64,000 nt of DNA. Source: Alphaproteobacteria bacterium (GTDB lineage Bacteria > Pseudomonadota > Alphaproteobacteria > Bin95). A model generated the notes under the pieces. The model did no database searches, was not told the origin of the DNA, and saw nothing but the letters and a program-made list of their open reading frames with translations. Positions 63,294-64,000 of the stretch are shown one piece after another. How positions within the stretch are numbered: position 1 is the first letter of the stretch; each line of letters opens with the position of its first letter. Where the stretch lies: NCBI GenBank assembly GCA_965205265.1, contig CBDBGH010000003.1, positions 1,792,001 to 1,856,000 of the forward strand, written 5' to 3'. Made by a program: the position numbers and the translations under genes.

Positions 63294-64000
63294 ATGCCCG
63301 ATTACGAGGTTGCCGACATCTCGCTTGCCGACTGGGGCCGCAAGGAAATCGCCATCGCCGAAACCGAAATGCCGGGGCTGATGGCGATCCGCGAGGAATA
63401 CGGCCCGGCCCGGCCGCTCGAAGGCGCGCGCATTGCGGGCTGCCTGCACATGACCATCCAGACCGCGGTGCTGATCGAGACGCTGCAAACCCTCGGCGCG
63501 GAGGTGCGCTGGTCGTCCTGCAACATTTTCTCGACGCAGGACCAGGCCGCCGCGGCCATGGCGGCGTCCGGCGTACCGGTGTTCGCCTGGAAGGGCGAGA
63601 CGGAAGAGGAATACTGGCAGTGCGTGCGCCGCACGGTCGAGGGCCCGGGGGGCTGGCACCCCAACCTGCTGCTCGACGACGGCGGCGACCTGACCAAGCT
63701 CATGCATGACGACTATCCGGAACTCATGAAAGATGTGCGGGGCGTGTCGGAGGAAACGACGACCGGCGTGCTGCGTCTCTACGAAATGGCGAAGACCGGC
63801 TCGCTCGCCTGCCCGGCCTTCAATGTCAACGACTCGGTGACGAAGTCGAAATTCGACAACCTCTACGGCTGCCGCGAGAGCCTCGTGGACGGGATCAAGC
63901 GCGCCACCGACGTGATGATCGCCGGCAAGTCCGCTCTGGTCTGCGGCTATGGCGATGTCGGCAAGGGCTCGGCGGAAAGCCTGCGCAGCCAGGGCGCCAG
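63294..64000 (+). CDS. ahcY: Adenosylhomocysteinase, 3'-truncated by window edge
   Basis: [71 protein letters not shown]. Confidence 0.97.
   Translation, partial: MPDYEVADISLADWGRKEIAIAETEMPGLMAIREEYGPARPLEGARIAGCLHMTIQTAVLIETLQTLGAEVRWSSCNIFSTQDQAAAAMAASGVPVFAWKGETEEEYWQCVRRTVEGPGGWHPNLLLDDGGDLTKLMHDDYPELMKDVRGVSEETTTGVLRLYEMAKTGSLACPAFNVNDSVTKSKFDNLYGCRESLVDGIKRATDVMIAGKSALVCGYGDVGKGSAESLRSQGA

Overview
High-GC alphaproteobacterial chromosome segment, judged from conserved gene order. Core blocks: murU-addB-addA-trxA; aroA-cmk-rpsA-sppA-ihfB-lapA-trpFBA-accD-folC on the minus strand; tRNA-Thr-murA-DUF2948-hisG-hisD-UPF0262-LMW phosphatase-maf-RNase E/G-yacG; and pckA divergent from chvI-chvG-hprK-rapZ-EIIA-HPr-ahcY. 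Accessory DNA lies between trxA and folC, between tRNA-Ala(GGC) and tRNA-Thr(GGT), and between yacG and pckA. Main observations: (1) An unannotated ~480-bp promoter-led element with conserved predicted hairpins occurs twice (40.9-41.4 kb +, 54.45-54.9 kb -). It ends in 10-bp-phased CATGACA repeats. Weaker partial relatives sit beside two stand-alone IS630-type HTH genes that have no catalytic domain. (2) A UGSC-motif selenoprotein, with an in-frame TGA and a SECIS-like hairpin, is cut short by the ORF track and is coupled to a CxxC thioredoxin-like partner. (3) A RecQ-PRTase plus DprA pair, a candidate defence module, carries a frameshift. (4) MurA has Asp at the fosfomycin-target Cys position and looks xenologous. 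(5) Ccr has Gln at a CO2-pocket Glu position. No CRISPR array, rRNA, integrase or intact transposase was seen. All calls come from reading the sequence; no searches were run.
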